Assembly (NCBI GenBank): GCA_026387385.1
Contig: JAPLLU010000091.1
Span: 1 to 48,031 of the forward strand
Source of the DNA: Candidatus Omnitrophota bacterium
GTDB lineage: Bacteria > Omnitrophota > Gorgyraeia > Gygaellales > Profunditerraquicolaceae
Direction of reading: 5' to 3'
DNA length: 48,031 bases
The translations under genes were made by a program, and so were the position numbers. A model generated the notes under the pieces. That model made no database searches, was not told the origin of the DNA, and saw nothing but the letters and a program-made list of their open reading frames with translations. Shown here piece after piece: positions 45,903 to 48,031 of the stretch. Every line of letters begins with the position of its first letter. Within the stretch, counting starts at the first letter, position 1.

Positions 45903-46079
45903 AGCGTAAAGTGTAAAGCTAAAAGCGCCTGCCTACCGGCAGGCAGGTAAAGTTAAATCTTAAAACGTAAAACTTTAAGTTTTGAGGGTTGATGGTTCGA
46001 CTACGCTCGCCATCAACCCTCAAGCGAAGTCGAAGGGTTGAGTTTTAGTTTTTCGCTTTACGCTTTAAGTTTTAAGCTT
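45903..46079 (+). repeat. Family A palindromic repeat (copy A4) carrying a nested family-B module
   Basis: The first 83 nt differ from A5 at 4 positions. A block of about 58 nt (45984-46042) is absent from A5, after which the shared tail ttttagtttttcgctttacgctttaag resumes. Confidence 0.92.
45984..46042 (+). repeat. Family B structured module (copy B2), nested in A4
   Basis: gagggttgatgg TTCGACTACGCTC g ccatcaaccctc aa GCGAAGTCGAA gggttgag. The conserved boxes match B1, and the enclosing stem has a completely different but still complementary sequence. Confidence 0.85.
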
Positions 46080-46089
46080 ATTTATTGTA

Positions 46090-47373
46090 CTACTCTTGGG
46101 CGAACTTTACAAGAAGAGGTAGTATCTCTTGGCCCTTCATTTCGCCCAATGAGCCTAGTTTAGCTGCTTTCTCAGAAAAACTTAAAGAGCCATCAGGCTT
46201 AATATTGTTACCTGCGATAAGTAATGGTACGGGGTCGCTTGAGTGGGCCTTAATGTTGCAGACAGTAGAATGGTCGGCCGTTACAGCGATTACGGTGTTA
46301 GCGATATCGAGTTCGAGAAGTAGGTTAGCAAAAAAGAATTTATCTATTGCCTCGATAATCTCTTTCTTCTTGTTAAAATCACCGTCGTGAGCAGGCTCAT
46401 CCGGGCCTTTGATATGCACATAAATACCGTCGTATTTCTTCAGAGAATCTAATGCTATCTTTGCCCAAACAGGATAATCCACATCCAGGTGGCCGCAAGA
46501 CGAAGGCACATCAATTACATCTATACCGGTCAAAAGAGCGATGCCTCTTTCTACAGGCATTTCCACGAATGAACCGAACTTTAAATTATAAAGATCGCCT
46601 ATTTTGGGAAATTGCGGTAGATGGTCACCGGCATCACGGGATAAAATTATATCTGCCGCGAGCTTATTCTCGGAAATCCTTTTCTTATTTACATGGGATT
46701 CCGAAAGCACCTTATGCGATTTCTGCGTAAACTCATTCAAAAGAAGAGCAGCTTCTTTGGCTAGAGGGGAATTCTCATAACCGGGCATAGGTTTTGCTTC
46801 TTCAACAAAATTTTCAAATTTCTCTTTGGCCACGCCGAATACCCCTTCACGGGCATAAGCAGGATCAGTATTAGTTATCCAGCCGGATAATTTAGAGCGC
46901 ATACCTCTTATAACCAGGACTCCTCTATGTCCGATGGTATTCTTAAACTCAAAAGTCGCACTTGACAGCGTAACTTTTGAGTTTATCTCTTTGGATAAAG
47001 CGACTGCCTCTTCGGTGCTTAAATTTCTCCCCACCCTACGGTCTTTTATGGTCTTGGCATCAGATTCAACCGTGGCAAAATTTACACGCAGGGCCAAATT
47101 GCCGTCGTGTATACTTAAACCCTCTGCAAATGCCTCTAAGGGACCTCTGCCTGTATAATATTTGTGCGCATCGTAACCCAAAAGACTTATTACGGCAATG
47201 TCAGACTCAGGGGCAATGCCTTTGGCCACAGGATAGACTAAACCTGTTTTACCTGTTTGTGCGAGCCTGTCTATATTAGGCGTGAGTGCCGCTTCAAGCG
47301 GGGTCTTGTTGCCCAGCTCTTTAATAGGTAAATCACCTAGGCCGTCAAGTACTACGTATAGTATTTTCTTCAT
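46090..47373 (-). CDS. apgM: Cofactor-independent phosphoglycerate mutase, archaeal type
   Basis: 427 aa: MKKILYVVLDGLGD, VHIKGPDEPAHDGD, TADHST. Confidence 0.85.
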   Translation of the reverse strand: MKKILYVVLDGLGDLPIKELGNKTPLEAALTPNIDRLAQTGKTGLVYPVAKGIAPESDIAVISLLGYDAHKYYTGRGPLEAFAEGLSIHDGNLALRVNFATVESDAKTIKDRRVGRNLSTEEAVALSKEINSKVTLSSATFEFKNTIGHRGVLVIRGMRSKLSGWITNTDPAYAREGVFGVAKEKFENFVEEAKPMPGYENSPLAKEAALLLNEFTQKSHKVLSESHVNKKRISENKLAADIILSRDAGDHLPQFPKIGDLYNLKFGSFVEMPVERGIALLTGIDVIDVPSSCGHLDVDYPVWAKIALDSLKKYDGIYVHIKGPDEPAHDGDFNKKKEIIEAIDKFFFANLLLELDIANTVIAVTADHSTVCNIKAHSSDPVPLLIAGNNIKPDGSLSFSEKAAKLGSLGEMKGQEILPLLVKFAQE

Positions 47374-47381
47374 ATCTTTTT

Positions 47382-47509
47382 AGCGTAAAGTGTAAAGATA
47401 AAAACGCCTGCCTACCGGCAGGCAGGTAAAGTTAAAGTTTAAAACGTAAAACTTTAAGTTTTGAACTTTAGTTTTTCGCTTTACGCTTTAAGCTTTAAGC
47501 TTTACGCTT
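47382..47509 (+). repeat. Family A palindromic repeat, short form (copy A5)
   Basis: agcgtaaagtgtaaagataaaaacgcctgcctaccggcaggcaggtaaagttaaag...ctttacgctttaagctttaagctttacgctt. It lies between nrdJ and apgM. Confidence 0.92.
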
Positions 47510-47518
47510 CTTGCGATT

Positions 47519-48031
47519 TTAACACTTCGAGAAACCGCAGGCATGACATTTAACACAACCTTCCTCATGACGCAATGCTCCGCCACAGTCAGGACAAACC
47601 CCTACAATATTTCTTTCTTCGCTAAAACCAAAATCTGAAACAGTGGCCTCATCGCTATATGAATGCTTCATGGCTACTTGCATAGCATTTTCCGGATCAA
47701 AAGAAACCTGTTGTGCGGTTATGCCATTAGCCAGTCTTTTCTCAACCACGCGGGCAATAGCATCTGCGCAAGAAAATATTCTCTGGCCCTTCTCCCAGGA
47801 AGGCGAAGGACAACGGATATTACGCAATTGTTCAATAATGGACTTTACTTCAATCCCGGAGCGGAAACCTAAAGAAACCAGACGGCCGAGTGCTTCAAGT
47901 TGACTTGCAGCACAACCGCCGGCTTTACCCATTTGGGTAAAAAGCTCAAAAGGCCTTCCTTCTTCATCAATATTAATGGTAACGTAGAGGTTGCCGCAAC
48001 CTGTTGAGACCTTGGTTGTTGTTCCGGTAAT
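47519..48031 (-). CDS. nrdJ: Adenosylcobalamin-dependent (class II) ribonucleotide reductase, C-terminal part; the 5' end lies outside the window
   Basis: The frame is open to the window edge: ITGTTTKVSTGCGNLYVTINIDEEGRPFELFTQMGKAGGCAASQLEALGRLVSLGFRSGI... It ends with a C-terminal CxxC...CxxC zinc ribbon (CPDCGG..CVKCHACG). Confidence 0.88.
   Translation of the reverse strand: MTGTTTKVSTGCGNLYVTINIDEEGRPFELFTQMGKAGGCAASQLEALGRLVSLGFRSGIEVKSIIEQLRNIRCPSPSWEKGQRIFSCADAIARVVEKRLANGITAQQVSFDPENAMQVAMKHSYSDEATVSDFGFSEERNIVGVCPDCGGALRHEEGCVKCHACGFSKC

Noticed and set aside
3669-47509. The gene-repeat-gene-repeat layout with imperfect palindromes after each ORF superficially resembles an integron cassette array with attC sites.
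   Set aside because: The genes are core housekeeping genes in conserved operon order. No intI or attI is present. The repeats belong to many unrelated families, and their ends do not match the attC R''/R' consensus (GTTRRRY).
7131-47509. Whether the recurring repeats could be a CRISPR array.
   Set aside because: The copies are kilobases apart and separated by genes, their lengths vary between 50 and 230 bp, and there is no regular repeat-spacer periodicity and no cas genes.
200-47903. Dozens of 60-200-aa plus-strand ORFs in the supplied track (for example 825-1097, 3202-3621, 9588-10187, 38004-38360 and 42443-42817) lying antisense to long minus-strand genes.
   Set aside because: Each is fully embedded in a long ORF with clear family motifs on the opposite strand. 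Their translations are low-complexity (Ser/Leu/Phe-rich) shadow frames with no recognisable motifs or RBSs.

Overview
This window looks like core chromosome from an uncultivated diderm bacterium; lpxB and an msbA-like gene are present. It is almost entirely coding, and about 38 of 41 genes are on the minus strand. Gene content, in window order:
- HAD hydrolase (partial), malQ, prepilin peptidase, aroE.
- An ilv/leu cluster: leuA, ilvC, ilvN, ilvB, ilvD.
- Class II aldolase, pfkA, ahcY, a disrupted metK, an NDP-sugar nucleotidyltransferase, and PGI/PMI.
- A permease-less regulatory PTS: ptsI, ptsH, a yvcK-like gene, ptsN.
- tRNA-Gly, tRNA-Leu and tRNA-Lys.
- frr, pyrH, tsf, rpsB.
- msbA-like gene, a Gfo/Idh/MocA oxidoreductase and lpxB (these two on the plus strand), an M48 protease, and a divergent rpmA.
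- REC-EAL regulator, beta-CASP MBL nuclease, a TVP38-like membrane protein, and a DUF1846 protein.
- A degenerate HD-GYP protein with a 641-aa partner of unknown function.
- gdhA, a Na/Pi-PhoU transporter, a QueG-like protein, mnmG, apgM, and nrdJ (partial).

No transposase, integrase, cas or phage genes are visible. The unusual content is non-coding. Nearly every intergenic gap longer than about 40 bp is occupied by a structured palindromic repeat. I resolve at least eight families (A-H, 22 copies). They are modular and can nest inside each other. Their stems co-vary between copies, and their arms are often built from tandem 7-8 nt words. One copy sits in-frame inside the M48 protease gene. 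One copy lies in the 5' end of the lpxB ORF. In one family the hairpin loop is inverted between copies.

Other notable points are:
- metK carries an internal deletion of about 33 codons plus a frameshift.
- A decayed duplicate of the mnmG 3' end, with a 28-bp identical core, brackets the QueG-like gene.
- The HD-GYP-like protein and the 641-aa protein are translationally coupled and share an N-terminal domain.

All calls come from reading the sequence and the supplied translations. No database search was run.
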